Part shown: piece by piece, positions 10,311-20,216 of the stretch
Layout: each line of letters opens with the position of its first letter
Numbering within the stretch: position 1 is the first letter of the stretch
From: Candidatus Micrarchaeia archaeon
GTDB taxonomy: Archaea; Micrarchaeota; Micrarchaeia; CABMEP01
DNA: 64,000 nt
Assembly (NCBI GenBank): GCA_038886535.1
Contig: JAVZXS010000002.1
Coordinates: 154,877-218,876 of the forward strand
Direction: 5' to 3'
Program-made: the position numbers and the translations under genes
Notes under the pieces: generated by a model
What the model was told of the DNA's origin: nothing
The model's database searches: none
The model's input: the letters and a program-made list of their open reading frames with translations, nothing else

Positions 10311-10838
10311 TTACCAAGGTACACTTTTGAGCTTTAGTTTATAAGCAATTATATTTGACAAATAATGAACTATTAAAGTTATTATTGCCAATACTGATAG
10401 TATTGTCAAATCAAATTCCTCAGGCAAATATGGAGAAGCAAATAAAAGCGCAAAAACATAGAAGCTAAGTTGATCAAGTATCGGAACTGATTTTCCACTC
10501 TTTACATTAATTCTTCTTTTTATAAAGCTACCAACCGCATCTCCAGTCATTGTACCGACTGAAAGCAGAAATGCGACCAGCATGTGTGTTTCAAATGTAG
10601 AATATATGTTAAGGATGCCTAAAAACCAGGTAATCATTCCAATCATCGTACCTGTTAAAATTCCAGTAAAGAATCCAGTCCATGTTTTTCCTTTCCCTAG
10701 TATTCTCCTGCTGTCATAAAACTTTGCTCCATAATCCATCGGTGTTTTGCTTGTTCCAGTTTTGAATAAAACCGGTGCTGCATTTGCAAAATATGCAGGA
10801 AGTATAAATATAATTGCTTTAATAATCGAATCAATCAT
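10311..10838 (-). CDS. carS: CDP-archaeol synthase (DUF46)
   Basis: PAYFANAAPV, GKGKTWTG, GDAVGSFIKRR, PILDQL; start moved to ATG 10838 to avoid overlap with sppA. Confidence 0.9.
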   Translation of the reverse strand: MIDSIIKAIIFILPAYFANAAPVLFKTGTSKTPMDYGAKFYDSRRILGKGKTWTGFFTGILTGTMIGMITWFLGILNIYSTFETHMLVAFLLSVGTMTGDAVGSFIKRRINVKSGKSVPILDQLSFYVFALLFASPYLPEEFDLTILSVLAIITLIVHYLSNIIAYKLKLKSVPW

Positions 10839-10899
10839 TTTTTCACTTATTAGCATTAATAGCATAAATATTTTTAAATATACCAAACAATCTATTAAT

Positions 10900-11823
10900 A
10901 TGCGATCAACACAACACCTTATAAAGCAAGATGGTGCAACCACCATCAGTGCTGGAAGAATAATTCTTTATATAATTGCAATATTAGTTATTGCAATGTT
11001 CCTTCTCAATTTCTTATCAGTTGTAGGAGTTGGAGGGTGTGTTGGGGTAATAGAGGTAAATGGAGAGATTTCCACTTATAAAGGATATGGATTAGTTTCT
11101 TCATCTGAAATCATTAGTTTGCTTAAGGAGGTAGAATCCAGGCCAGACATAAGAAGCGTTGTTTTAGTAATGAACACACCAGGCGGTTCAGCAGTTGCCT
11201 CTGATGAAATTTATTCATATCTAAAAAGCATGAAGAAACCAACTGTTACATATATAAGTGAAATGGCAGCTTCTGGAGGATATTTCATATCTCTTGGAAC
11301 AGATTATATATATTCAAATCCATATGCAGTTACAGGGAGTATAGGTGCAAGAACAGGATGGATCATTGACATGTCAAGATGGCTAAACAATACAGGAATA
11401 AATATGAGCGTAATAAAAAGCGGAGAGATGAAAGATTCTGGTGATATTTACAGACCTATGACAGAAGAAGAGAAAAAAGTATTTCAAGAAATAATTGACG
11501 AAATAGGAGGTTCATTCCTGAATCTTACAATATCAGAGAGATCTAAGAATGCAAGATTCAGCCAGAATTCCATATCCCTAATCTCTGATGCAAGAATATT
11601 TACAGGAAAACAAGCATTTGAAATTGGGTTGGTTGATGAGCTGGGAACAAGGCAAGATGCAATAAATAAGGCTGCAGCGATGGCAGGATTAGAACCAAGA
11701 CCAAATATATGTGTTCTTGAGACAAAGAAAGATTTCTTAAGTACTCTGTTTAATGAGATGGGAAGAGGTATAGGCGAAACTTTAAGCAATAAGTTATCAT
11801 TTAATAGTCTTCGTATACAATAA
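10900..11823 (+). CDS. sppA: Signal peptide peptidase SppA (S49)
   Basis: NTPGGS, AASGGY, TGSIG, KSGEMKD, GLVDELG; start moved to ATG 10900. Confidence 0.92.
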   Translation: MRSTQHLIKQDGATTISAGRIILYIIAILVIAMFLLNFLSVVGVGGCVGVIEVNGEISTYKGYGLVSSSEIISLLKEVESRPDIRSVVLVMNTPGGSAVASDEIYSYLKSMKKPTVTYISEMAASGGYFISLGTDYIYSNPYAVTGSIGARTGWIIDMSRWLNNTGINMSVIKSGEMKDSGDIYRPMTEEEKKVFQEIIDEIGGSFLNLTISERSKNARFSQNSISLISDARIFTGKQAFEIGLVDELGTRQDAINKAAAMAGLEPRPNICVLETKKDFLSTLFNEMGRGIGETLSNKLSFNSLRIQ

Positions 11824-11867
11824 ATATAAATAGCCTAAGATAAAAGGCAATCTAATCAAGTGAGAAA

Positions 11868-12455
11868 ATGGGAAAAAATAATAGGGGAAAATATAAGAAA
11901 AACGCATTTATATTCACAACAGATGCCTTTCTCGCCCTCCCACTTGTTGTCTTGGCAGTGTCTACATTTATAGCATTTTCAGTTACTCTTCGAGATAATA
12001 TTACTGTACAAGAATACGCCTATATAATTGCAAAAGATGCAATGAATGTTTTAATCGATTCAAATCCACAATATATCGGAGGATCTGGAGATAACTCATT
12101 TGCTTATATAATTGCACAGAATATTGCTGACTCGGATTTAAATAGTGCAAACAATACAGCATCTGTAATTGATTCTATTGTTCCTTCTAATGCAGCATAT
12201 ATACTTGAATACAAATCATCTTCTGATAATCAATGGAAAGAGATAAGAATTTTAGACAGGGGGAACAAGATAGCACAGAACAAATATTCAATTCAGGTCT
12301 CGAATACAAGGTTGATTACAGATATCTCAAAACCAAGACTCAACCCTAGTGGCAACTGTCCAAGCGAAATAGTTTGTTCTTTCCCATCAATATCACAGTA
12401 TACTCCAGGTTCAATAGTTGGTCCACTACTCCTCAGGATAAGGGTATTCATATAA
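11868..12455 (+). CDS. Pilin-like protein (class III signal peptide)
   Basis: KKNA/FIFTTDAFLAL followed by a hydrophobic helix. Confidence 0.7.
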   Translation: MGKNNRGKYKKNAFIFTTDAFLALPLVVLAVSTFIAFSVTLRDNITVQEYAYIIAKDAMNVLIDSNPQYIGGSGDNSFAYIIAQNIADSDLNSANNTASVIDSIVPSNAAYILEYKSSSDNQWKEIRILDRGNKIAQNKYSIQVSNTRLITDISKPRLNPSGNCPSEIVCSFPSISQYTPGSIVGPLLLRIRVFI

Positions 12456-12483
12456 TAAATGTAATTAAAGGATAAGTGTTTGT

Positions 12484-13902
12484 ATGTTAGGAAAAGAAAA
12501 TTTCAAAACAGAAAAATCAAATAAAATGCAATATGGCAAGCAGAAAAAGGGATTCGTATTTACCATCCTAACTTTAGTTATAATAGTATTCATGATTATA
12601 GAACTGAACATATATTTCAGGACATATGAATTAAAACTTGCTAATGAACCAAATAAGCTCAGGCTTCAGGTAATACAGGATTTCATAAGAGCATACTCTC
12701 CAAACTATTTCAATGAAACTGCATATTCTTTTATTTATTCATCTTTATATGAACTTAACAGAGATTCAATCCAATATCCTCCATCACAATCAACATTAGC
12801 TGAGTTGATTTGGAACATTACTTATACTGGAAAGAGAACAGACAGACCAGGCCAACCCCAAATTATCAGTGCTGTAAATACACTTTCTGCTTATGATTCG
12901 AATCTTTCTGCATTAGCAAAATCAATGAATATTGATTTGGTTGTTAATTATAAGGATTTCAACATCACACAAATAGATTATTGGACTGTACAGTATAATT
13001 TTACAATTGCAGTTTCAATAAATGACAAGGCATCTAGCACCAGTGTCAAGTTCACTTCCCCCATTTCATTAAACATCTCAATAATTGGATTTGAAGATCC
13101 CTGGCTTGCAAGAATGGGATTCAGAAACAGGAGTATAATACCTGTGGATCAGAGGCAAATGGATCAGATAAGGCCTTCTCTTTTGATGAACGGGACAAGA
13201 GGGAGAGGTTGGTTCTATGGCGAACCAATAATAGTTACAAGCTGTCCTTCTGTTGATTTTGAATTCACTGATTCTTTCTTAGAGAATAAGACAAAGATAA
13301 TGGTTACAGACAATACTGGAGTTGCTAGGGATTGCGGTCAGCTTTTCGGAGCAGTTATAGTGGTATCTGATCAAAACGCAAATACAAACTCATTTGTTGG
13401 ATTGGATGTTCCATTATTCATAAATTCATCAGCAAGAATCTCAGATATTCCAATGCAACCTATCTTAATAGTTTCAGACAATGACACTGTAATAACAGAT
13501 GACAGTTCAGGTCATTATCATTATATGCTTGACATAAACAATCTAAGAAGTGGAATAGAATGCGGAAGATACTTTGTAAGACCATATAATAATTATGGCT
13601 ATCTAAGAAGGCTCACAAACAACGTTACTGGAGTTTTTGATGAGTTCGGTATAGAAACTATTTTGTCAGGTACAACCCAAGCAATCCCAACTTCAAGATC
13701 TTCTTATAGTTTTGTTGATAGAGAATATAACTCATCCATCATCGGTAATCTAATTAAAGGTCTTCCAGGTTGCAGTAATCAGTTGGTATGCAATTATACT
13801 AGAGATTACCATTCCTCTTCAATACCTTATCCAACAAGATTAAGTACAGATGCAGCTAGATATTATTTAGGCTTATTTAACTCCTCAATGCTGATAAAAT
13901 AA
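12484..13902 (+). CDS. Large pilin-like or adhesin protein (class III signal peptide)
   Basis: KKG/FVFTILTLVIIVF; many N-glycosylation sequons; several Cys. Confidence 0.7.
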   Translation: MLGKENFKTEKSNKMQYGKQKKGFVFTILTLVIIVFMIIELNIYFRTYELKLANEPNKLRLQVIQDFIRAYSPNYFNETAYSFIYSSLYELNRDSIQYPPSQSTLAELIWNITYTGKRTDRPGQPQIISAVNTLSAYDSNLSALAKSMNIDLVVNYKDFNITQIDYWTVQYNFTIAVSINDKASSTSVKFTSPISLNISIIGFEDPWLARMGFRNRSIIPVDQRQMDQIRPSLLMNGTRGRGWFYGEPIIVTSCPSVDFEFTDSFLENKTKIMVTDNTGVARDCGQLFGAVIVVSDQNANTNSFVGLDVPLFINSSARISDIPMQPILIVSDNDTVITDDSSGHYHYMLDINNLRSGIECGRYFVRPYNNYGYLRRLTNNVTGVFDEFGIETILSGTTQAIPTSRSSYSFVDREYNSSIIGNLIKGLPGCSNQLVCNYTRDYHSSSIPYPTRLSTDAARYYLGLFNSSMLIK

Positions 13903-13914
13903 GATTAGGATGAT

Positions 13915-14364
13915 ATGATGGGAAATGAAAATTTGTTTTTTAAAGGTCAAATAATGCTTGAAACCCTTATAATAGTTTCATTCCTCTTGCTTATCCTAAT
14001 CCCTACTGTAATCTACATCTTATCTGTTCTTTCTACCGAGTCATGGAAGACAGATTCAAACCAAGCATATTCAACATTGACAAAAATAGTTTCAATATCT
14101 AACAAGCTAGCGATGCTTGGGAATGGTTCATCTTCGTATGAATCCATATTTCTTCCATCAAGTACTCAAAGAATGAATGTATCAAGTGACGGAAGAGAGA
14201 TCTTTATTACTTTAAAAGGGCCTAAATCAAGTGATTTACATGTTGTTGCTTTAAGTCCAGTTAGCATAAGATTGAATTCAACTCAAGATTGGAGTAATAT
14301 TAAAGGAGCGCAAACACTTATGTTTGTTGTCCAAGATGGAGAGGTAATAATATCAAAAACATAA
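13915..14364 (+). CDS. Minor pilin (class III signal peptide)
   Basis: KG/QIMLETLIIVSFLLLILIP. Confidence 0.78.
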   Translation: MMGNENLFFKGQIMLETLIIVSFLLLILIPTVIYILSVLSTESWKTDSNQAYSTLTKIVSISNKLAMLGNGSSSYESIFLPSSTQRMNVSSDGREIFITLKGPKSSDLHVVALSPVSIRLNSTQDWSNIKGAQTLMFVVQDGEVIISKT

Positions 14365-14424
14365 AAAACATAATATATTGAAAATAGAGATTAGTAATGT
14401 TTATTTTATTGATAGTGTGGTTTC

Positions 14425-14877
14425 ATGAAGAAAATTAATAATCTTGTAAAAAAAGGACAGGTTGCATTTGAATTCCTTCTCATTTATAGCTTTTTCATAT
14501 TTGTATTTCTTTCTTCGCTTTATATAATCTCTGGACAGGCACTTAACCAGCAGAGATATGCAGAAGGATTGTATGCACGAGAATTTATTGTAACAATTGC
14601 AGATGAGATAAATGCGGCAGCTACAATCGAAGGTTACGAAAAGAATCTAACTATTCCAACTACAATAAGCAGTGTTCCATATCAACTTTATGTATATAAA
14701 GGTATGGTTGGATTAAATTACAGCTCAATAACAAATATAGATACACTATATCCTTTGGCAACAGATAAAATATTTGTAAATGGAGTAGATACGTCTGAAC
14801 GCATTGGATATATTAATACAGCGAAAGGAAAATTAAAAATAATAAGCTCACAGGGCACGGTGATATTAAATGACTAA
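14425..14877 (+). CDS. Minor pilin (class III signal peptide)
   Basis: KKG/QVAFEFLLIYSFFIFVF. Confidence 0.8.
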   Translation: MKKINNLVKKGQVAFEFLLIYSFFIFVFLSSLYIISGQALNQQRYAEGLYAREFIVTIADEINAAATIEGYEKNLTIPTTISSVPYQLYVYKGMVGLNYSSITNIDTLYPLATDKIFVNGVDTSERIGYINTAKGKLKIISSQGTVILND

Positions 14878-15382
14878 AAAATTTAATTCAATTAAAAACA
14901 AACTAGAATGCAGAACTAAAAAAGGCCAGTTCTTTTCATATGATGCAATAGTAGCCGGAGTACTTTTCATTCTTCTTCTTACAATTCTTTATAATTATTG
15001 GAATTCATTAAGAACAGCAGTTTCAGTAAGGATTGATGATTCGTCAAGAATCGCATTAAGTGTTTCAAACATGCTTTTGACACCAGGCTATCCTTTGGAT
15101 TGGAATTCAACAAACTTCAATCAGATAGGTTTAACAGAAGATTACAACACAATAAAAATTAATGAAGCAAAGGTTTCAAATCTCACTCTTATTTCTTATA
15201 TAAATTATGAATTAATGAAAGAAAGGTTAGGTGTAGGACCTTATGAAATATATATTACGATTGGAGACGAGATAATAGGTATTGCACCTTTAAATCCTAC
15301 ATCAAAGGTCACAATATCAAGGCCAGCCATATATAAGGATAGATTAGAAAATCTATCAGTAACTATTTGGAGTACAAAATGA
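14870..15382 (+). CDS. Minor pilin (class III signal peptide)
   Basis: KKG/QFFSYDAIVAGVLF; TPGYPLDW..IGL motif. Confidence 0.75.
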   Translation: MTKKFNSIKNKLECRTKKGQFFSYDAIVAGVLFILLLTILYNYWNSLRTAVSVRIDDSSRIALSVSNMLLTPGYPLDWNSTNFNQIGLTEDYNTIKINEAKVSNLTLISYINYELMKERLGVGPYEIYITIGDEIIGIAPLNPTSKVTISRPAIYKDRLENLSVTIWSTK

Positions 15383-15409
15383 ATTTTTGTATTTAGACTT
15401 ATTCAGACC

Positions 15410-15895
15410 TTATTTGTCCTTTTCTTTATTTAGAAAGAATTTCATTCTGTCTATCAATCCTATATTTTCATTTTTTACTGATTCTACTTGAATTTCATCC
15501 TGGACATTTATTTTTTGAATAGTTTCTTCCGTTTTTCTTTTATATTCCGAGTAAAATTTTTCAACAGTTCTCCTGTTGACATAATCGTGCTGTCTAAACC
15601 CTCCTCCGAATGATTTTGGTATATGTAGCAATTCATGTATCAATACTTTCGTTTTTTCTTCCTCATTCATTCTGTCGAATCTCTCACTAAGTACCTCTAT
15701 AACATAAAATGCATCCGTATTCATTCCAAGCTGCATTACTTTCGGCAGTCCATGACATCTGGCAATTACTCTTCTTGAGTTAGTTCCATAACTTCTAAAA
15801 CAAGCAATTCTTTCTATATTTACATAATTTATATTCAGTTTTTCAACGATGTCCTTTATCTTTTCTTCCAGGTCCTTTGCTCTTTCGTATCTCAT
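15410..15895 (-). CDS. Putative HExxH metallopeptidase
   Basis: KVLIHELLHIP..F.GG.RQHD; start probably ATG 15895. Confidence 0.8.
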   Translation of the reverse strand: MRYERAKDLEEKIKDIVEKLNINYVNIERIACFRSYGTNSRRVIARCHGLPKVMQLGMNTDAFYVIEVLSERFDRMNEEEKTKVLIHELLHIPKSFGGGFRQHDYVNRRTVEKFYSEYKRKTEETIQKINVQDEIQVESVKNENIGLIDRMKFFLNKEKDK

Positions 15896-15971
15896 AAAAT
15901 AAGATTTGATGTAAATAATTTTAAATCTAGAGTTAATTTTCATTTTCAATAAAATGGTTATAAAACAATAA

Positions 15972-16421
15972 TTACCAGCTAGGGTACTTGGTTTTTAGTT
16001 CATTAAGATAAAATTTATATGCTTCAACAGAATCCATATTGTGGTTTCTAGTGAATCTTTCGTTAATTTTATGTGGATTTAACATTGCATTTATTGTCTT
16101 CAACAACGCCATTTCTTCTATTGTTATCTTTTCATTCCTATGAACTATCTTCTTTCTTATTATCTGAAGAGAAGGATTCCATGCCATATGGAAATTTTTA
16201 ACACACCATCTTGCTCCGCGGTCGATTAATACATTGATCATTTTTTCAACCATGTATCCATTTTCTAGTCTTTCGCTTTTATTTATTCTACCTTTGTTTT
16301 CTTCCAATCTTTTAATCAACGGCAGAAAGTCAATTATCTCTAACTTGTCTTGATGAGGATCTCCGAAATTCCTATTAGAATAGGGTGCACTACCATCTTC
16401 CATGAATTTGAATCTTTCCAT
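15972..16421 (-). CDS. Hypothetical protein
   Basis: 149-aa ORF with GTGGT upstream; no motif. Confidence 0.6.
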   Translation of the reverse strand: MERFKFMEDGSAPYSNRNFGDPHQDKLEIIDFLPLIKRLEENKGRINKSERLENGYMVEKMINVLIDRGARWCVKNFHMAWNPSLQIIRKKIVHRNEKITIEEMALLKTINAMLNPHKINERFTRNHNMDSVEAYKFYLNELKTKYPSW

Positions 16422-16541
16422 AAAACCACTCTATAAAGTCATCCTAATATTTATAGAATTTAGAACATTCAATGTTTATATTTCTTTCTATTTTATTATT
16501 ATTGCTTATTTTATACAATTTAGATTTGGAAAGTGATTATT

Positions 16542-19181
16542 ATGGCAAAAACAAAAGAGGTATATCTGTTTAAAGAAGGTTCAAGTAAGATGAGGCAAAT
16601 ACTTGGAGGTAAAGGTTGTGAATTGTCTGAGATGACAAGAATCGGATTACCTGTTCCACCTGGAATTATAATAACTACGGAACAGTGTCTTATTTATCAG
16701 AAGACAAAGAAGATCTCAAAAGATCTTGAAAATAAAATATTTAAAGCACTCTCAAGTGTGGAGAAGCAAGTAGGAAAGAAGTTCGGAGATGAAAAAAATC
16801 CGCTTTTAGTTTCAGTTAGATCTGGAGCACCAGTTTCAATGCCAGGCATGATGGACACAATTTTAAATCTAGGATTAAATGATAAGACAGTCATTGGTTT
16901 TGCAAAAAACACAAATGAAAGAACAGCTTATGATGCATACAGAAGATTGGTGCAGATGTTTGGAGAGGTTGTTCTTGGTATCAAGAAGGAAAAGTTTGAC
17001 AAAATATTCGAATCTGTAAAGGAAGAGCATGGAAGAAAGCAGGATATAGAATTAAATGTTGATGAGCTTAAAGAGATAATCTCAAAATACAAACACCTTG
17101 TTCATCAAGAAACTGGAAAGGAATTTCCAGATGATCCAAGAAAGCAGCTGATAATGGCAGTGGAAGCAGTGTTTAATTCTTGGAACAATCCAAGGGCGAT
17201 AACTTACAGAAATTTGTATAAAATTCCACATGATATGGGAACTGCAGTAGTCATCCAAGCAATGGTGTTTGGAAATAGCGGAGAAAAGAGCGGTACTGGA
17301 GTTGCATTTACAAGAAATCCATCAACCGGTGAAAAGAAACTATATGGAGAATATTTAATTAATGCACAAGGAGAGGATGTGGTTGCAGGAATAAGAACAC
17401 CACAACCTATAGAAAAAATGAAGAAAGAATTGCCACAAGCTTACAAAGAGCTGGAAAGAATAGCAAAGCTTCTTGAAAAACACTATAGGGAAATGCAGGA
17501 TATGGAGTTTACAATTGAAAACGGAAAGCTATGGATGCTTCAGACAAGAACAGGTAAAAGAACAGCGGCTGCAGCTGTAAAGATTGCAGTAGATATGGTA
17601 AAAGAGAAGCTCATAACAAAGGAAGAGGCAATAATGAGAGTTTCCCCTTCACAGATTGACCAGTTGCTACATAGACAAATCGATCCAAGTGTTAAAGTCA
17701 ATCCGATTGCAAAAGGTTTGCCCGCGAGCCCAGGTGCAGCAACCGGAAAGATTGTATTCACAGCAGATGAAGCTGCAGAAAAAGGTAAAAAAGAAAAAGT
17801 AATTCTTGTTGCAGTTGAAACCACTCCAGATGACATCCATGGTATGATTGCATCTCAAGGAATTCTTACCAGCAGAGGAGGAATGACTTGTCATGCAGCA
17901 GTGGTAGCAAGAGGTTTAGGTTTGCCATCTGTTGTAGGATGCGAGGCCGCAAAGGTAGACATAGATAAGAAAACACTTACAATAAACGGAAAGGTATTCA
18001 AAGAAGGAGATTTGATCACTATTGACGGTTCAACAGGAAATGTGATAGAGGGAGAGGTAAAGCTTGTAGAACCCACTATATCTGGAGAATTCAATGTATT
18101 TTTGAATTGGTGCGATTCAGTTGCAAGGATGAAAGTAAGAGCGAATGCAGACACTCCTTCGGCAGCAAAAGGAGCACGCAACTTTGGAGCAAAGGGAATT
18201 GGATTATGCAGAACAGAAAGAATGTTCAACGATCCAGAGAGGCTTCCTTTCGTGCAAAAGATGATTCTCTCAGAGACAGCAGAAGAGAGAAAGAAATGGC
18301 TAGCAAAGCTTAAGGAATTTCAGGTTAAGGACTTCTATGAGATTTTCCTTGCAATGGACGGTTTACCAGTAACTGTCCGTTTACTAGATCCACCACTTCA
18401 TGAATTTCTGCCTAAGCTTGAAGAATTGCTTGCAGAGATAGCAGAACTTAGTTCAAAGAAGGTTGATGAAAGAGTTATTGAGGAGAAGCAGGCAATGCTT
18501 AAGAAGGTAAGAGAGCTGCAGGAATTCAATCCAATGCTTGGCCACAGAGGATCAAGATTAGGAATCACTTATCCAGAGATTTATGAAATGCAGGTCTCTG
18601 CAATATTTGAAGCAGCTGCAAGATTAAAGAAAGAGAAAAAGAACCCAATAGTAGAAATCATGGTTCCATTGATAGGAAACGTCAATGAACTAAAGATATT
18701 GAAGCCGATAATAAAGAAGACCGCTGATGAGATATTGGAAAGAGAAAAAGTAAAACTAAATTATACGATTGGAACAATGATAGAGGTTCCAAGAGCTGCA
18801 TTAACAGCAGACGAGATAGCACAAGAGGCAGAGTTCTTCTCATTTGGAACAAATGACCTTACTCAAACAACGCTTGGTTTTAGCAGAGATGATGCAGAGG
18901 CCAAATTCTTGCAGCTTTATCTCAATAAAGAAATTTACAAGTCTAATCCATTTGAAGTAATAGATTACGGAGTAGGAAAGCTTGTAGAGATGGCAGTTAA
19001 GCTTGGAAGATCTACAAGAAAGAACCTTAAGGTTGGGGTATGTGGTGAAACAGGCGGAGAACCTACTTCAATCAAATTCTATCACGATGTAGGATTAGAC
19101 TATGTAAGCTGCTCTCAATATAGAGTTCCAATTGCAAGATTAGCTTGCGCTCAGGCAGCCATAGCTGACAAGAAAAAATGA
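16542..19181 (+). CDS. ppdK: Pyruvate, phosphate dikinase
   Basis: LGGKG, LLVSVRSGA..SMPGMMDT, GGMTCHAAVVAR (phospho-His), GIGLCRTE, SFGTNDLTQ. Confidence 0.97.
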   Translation: MAKTKEVYLFKEGSSKMRQILGGKGCELSEMTRIGLPVPPGIIITTEQCLIYQKTKKISKDLENKIFKALSSVEKQVGKKFGDEKNPLLVSVRSGAPVSMPGMMDTILNLGLNDKTVIGFAKNTNERTAYDAYRRLVQMFGEVVLGIKKEKFDKIFESVKEEHGRKQDIELNVDELKEIISKYKHLVHQETGKEFPDDPRKQLIMAVEAVFNSWNNPRAITYRNLYKIPHDMGTAVVIQAMVFGNSGEKSGTGVAFTRNPSTGEKKLYGEYLINAQGEDVVAGIRTPQPIEKMKKELPQAYKELERIAKLLEKHYREMQDMEFTIENGKLWMLQTRTGKRTAAAAVKIAVDMVKEKLITKEEAIMRVSPSQIDQLLHRQIDPSVKVNPIAKGLPASPGAATGKIVFTADEAAEKGKKEKVILVAVETTPDDIHGMIASQGILTSRGGMTCHAAVVARGLGLPSVVGCEAAKVDIDKKTLTINGKVFKEGDLITIDGSTGNVIEGEVKLVEPTISGEFNVFLNWCDSVARMKVRANADTPSAAKGARNFGAKGIGLCRTERMFNDPERLPFVQKMILSETAEERKKWLAKLKEFQVKDFYEIFLAMDGLPVTVRLLDPPLHEFLPKLEELLAEIAELSSKKVDERVIEEKQAMLKKVRELQEFNPMLGHRGSRLGITYPEIYEMQVSAIFEAAARLKKEKKNPIVEIMVPLIGNVNELKILKPIIKKTADEILEREKVKLNYTIGTMIEVPRAALTADEIAQEAEFFSFGTNDLTQTTLGFSRDDAEAKFLQLYLNKEIYKSNPFEVIDYGVGKLVEMAVKLGRSTRKNLKVGVCGETGGEPTSIKFYHDVGLDYVSCSQYRVPIARLACAQAAIADKKK

Positions 19182-19381
19182 AAGTAAGAATACAAGATGA
19201 AAAGCAAAAAGAATGAAAATTTAGTTTTTCCTTTTTTATTTTCTTTATTTCTTTTATTTTTTATTTAGTTCTTTTTTCTTTCAGTTTTATCTCTTTTAAT
19301 CTGTTATTTTTATTTGTTTTTTGTTATTTTTTTATTCTTTTGAGTTTTGTTGTCTATTATGTTATCTATTCTATTATCTTA

Positions 19382-20152
19382 TTATCTAACATCTTCGTAT
19401 TCCTGCTTTGACTTTCCAGTAAGGGTATATTTTATTAGATTTGTGGCATGGAAGAAGAAGAACTTCTTGTATCCCCAGTGCTTAAGTCGCCTCGCTGAAG
19501 TATATGTTACTGCATCAACAAATCTTATCTTTCCTTTTCTCTTTATTCTGTTAAAGAGATCTATGTCTTCTGCAGTTTTAAGATTAAGATTGAATCCTCC
19601 TATCTGATTGAATGCATCTTTTCTGACAGCCATGTTCATTCCTGCAACAGCAGGTTTTCCAATTAGATCAGTGAATCTTATATAAGGGGTGAAGAGCTTT
19701 GCAAGAATTTTATCTATTCTGCTACCATCTCTTATCAAAACTCTTCCATAAACAGCTACAATCTTTTCATCTTTAGAGAATGCATCCGCTATCTTCTTTA
19801 GCCAATCTTTCTCTGCGATTGTGTCAGAATCAATAAATGCAATTATATCTCCTTTAGCTATTTCAGCTCCCTTCTGTCTCTCTGCTGCTGCAGATCTTCT
19901 TTTTTCGATTATCACCTTGTCTGCGTACTTTCTTGCAATCTCTCTTGTTTCATCTTCACTATTTCCGTCGCATACAATTATTTCTAAAGGTTTGTAAGAT
20001 TGGCTCTTTAGTGATTTTAAGCATGATTCTATGTATTTCTCTTCATTCAATGCAGGAACTACTACGCTTATTTCAAGCTTATTTTTCATCTTTCTGTTTT
20101 CTTTTTTTTCTTCTTGTACCTTTTTATTGTCTCTTTTTTCATCTTTTTTCAT
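19382..20152 (-). CDS. Glycosyltransferase family 2
   Basis: SVVVPALNEE, DGNSED, FIDSD, GGF..AEDID. Confidence 0.92.
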   Translation of the reverse strand: MKKDEKRDNKKVQEEKKENRKMKNKLEISVVVPALNEEKYIESCLKSLKSQSYKPLEIIVCDGNSEDETREIARKYADKVIIEKRRSAAAERQKGAEIAKGDIIAFIDSDTIAEKDWLKKIADAFSKDEKIVAVYGRVLIRDGSRIDKILAKLFTPYIRFTDLIGKPAVAGMNMAVRKDAFNQIGGFNLNLKTAEDIDLFNRIKRKGKIRFVDAVTYTSARRLKHWGYKKFFFFHATNLIKYTLTGKSKQEYEDVR

Positions 20153-20216
20153 TTAGGCACCTATTTAAAAGAAAGAATATGAATTGAAAAAAATTAAATG
20201 AAATAAAAACAAAAAA

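Noticed and set aside
10747-10946. Apparent 200-bp head-to-head overlap of carS and sppA
   Set aside because: It disappears with starts at 10838 and 10900, leaving a normal AT-rich divergent promoter.
19182-19381. T-rich low-complexity tract and an 86-aa ORF after ppdK
   Set aside because: It looks like a U-rich terminator region between convergent genes; no repeat unit or coding signal.
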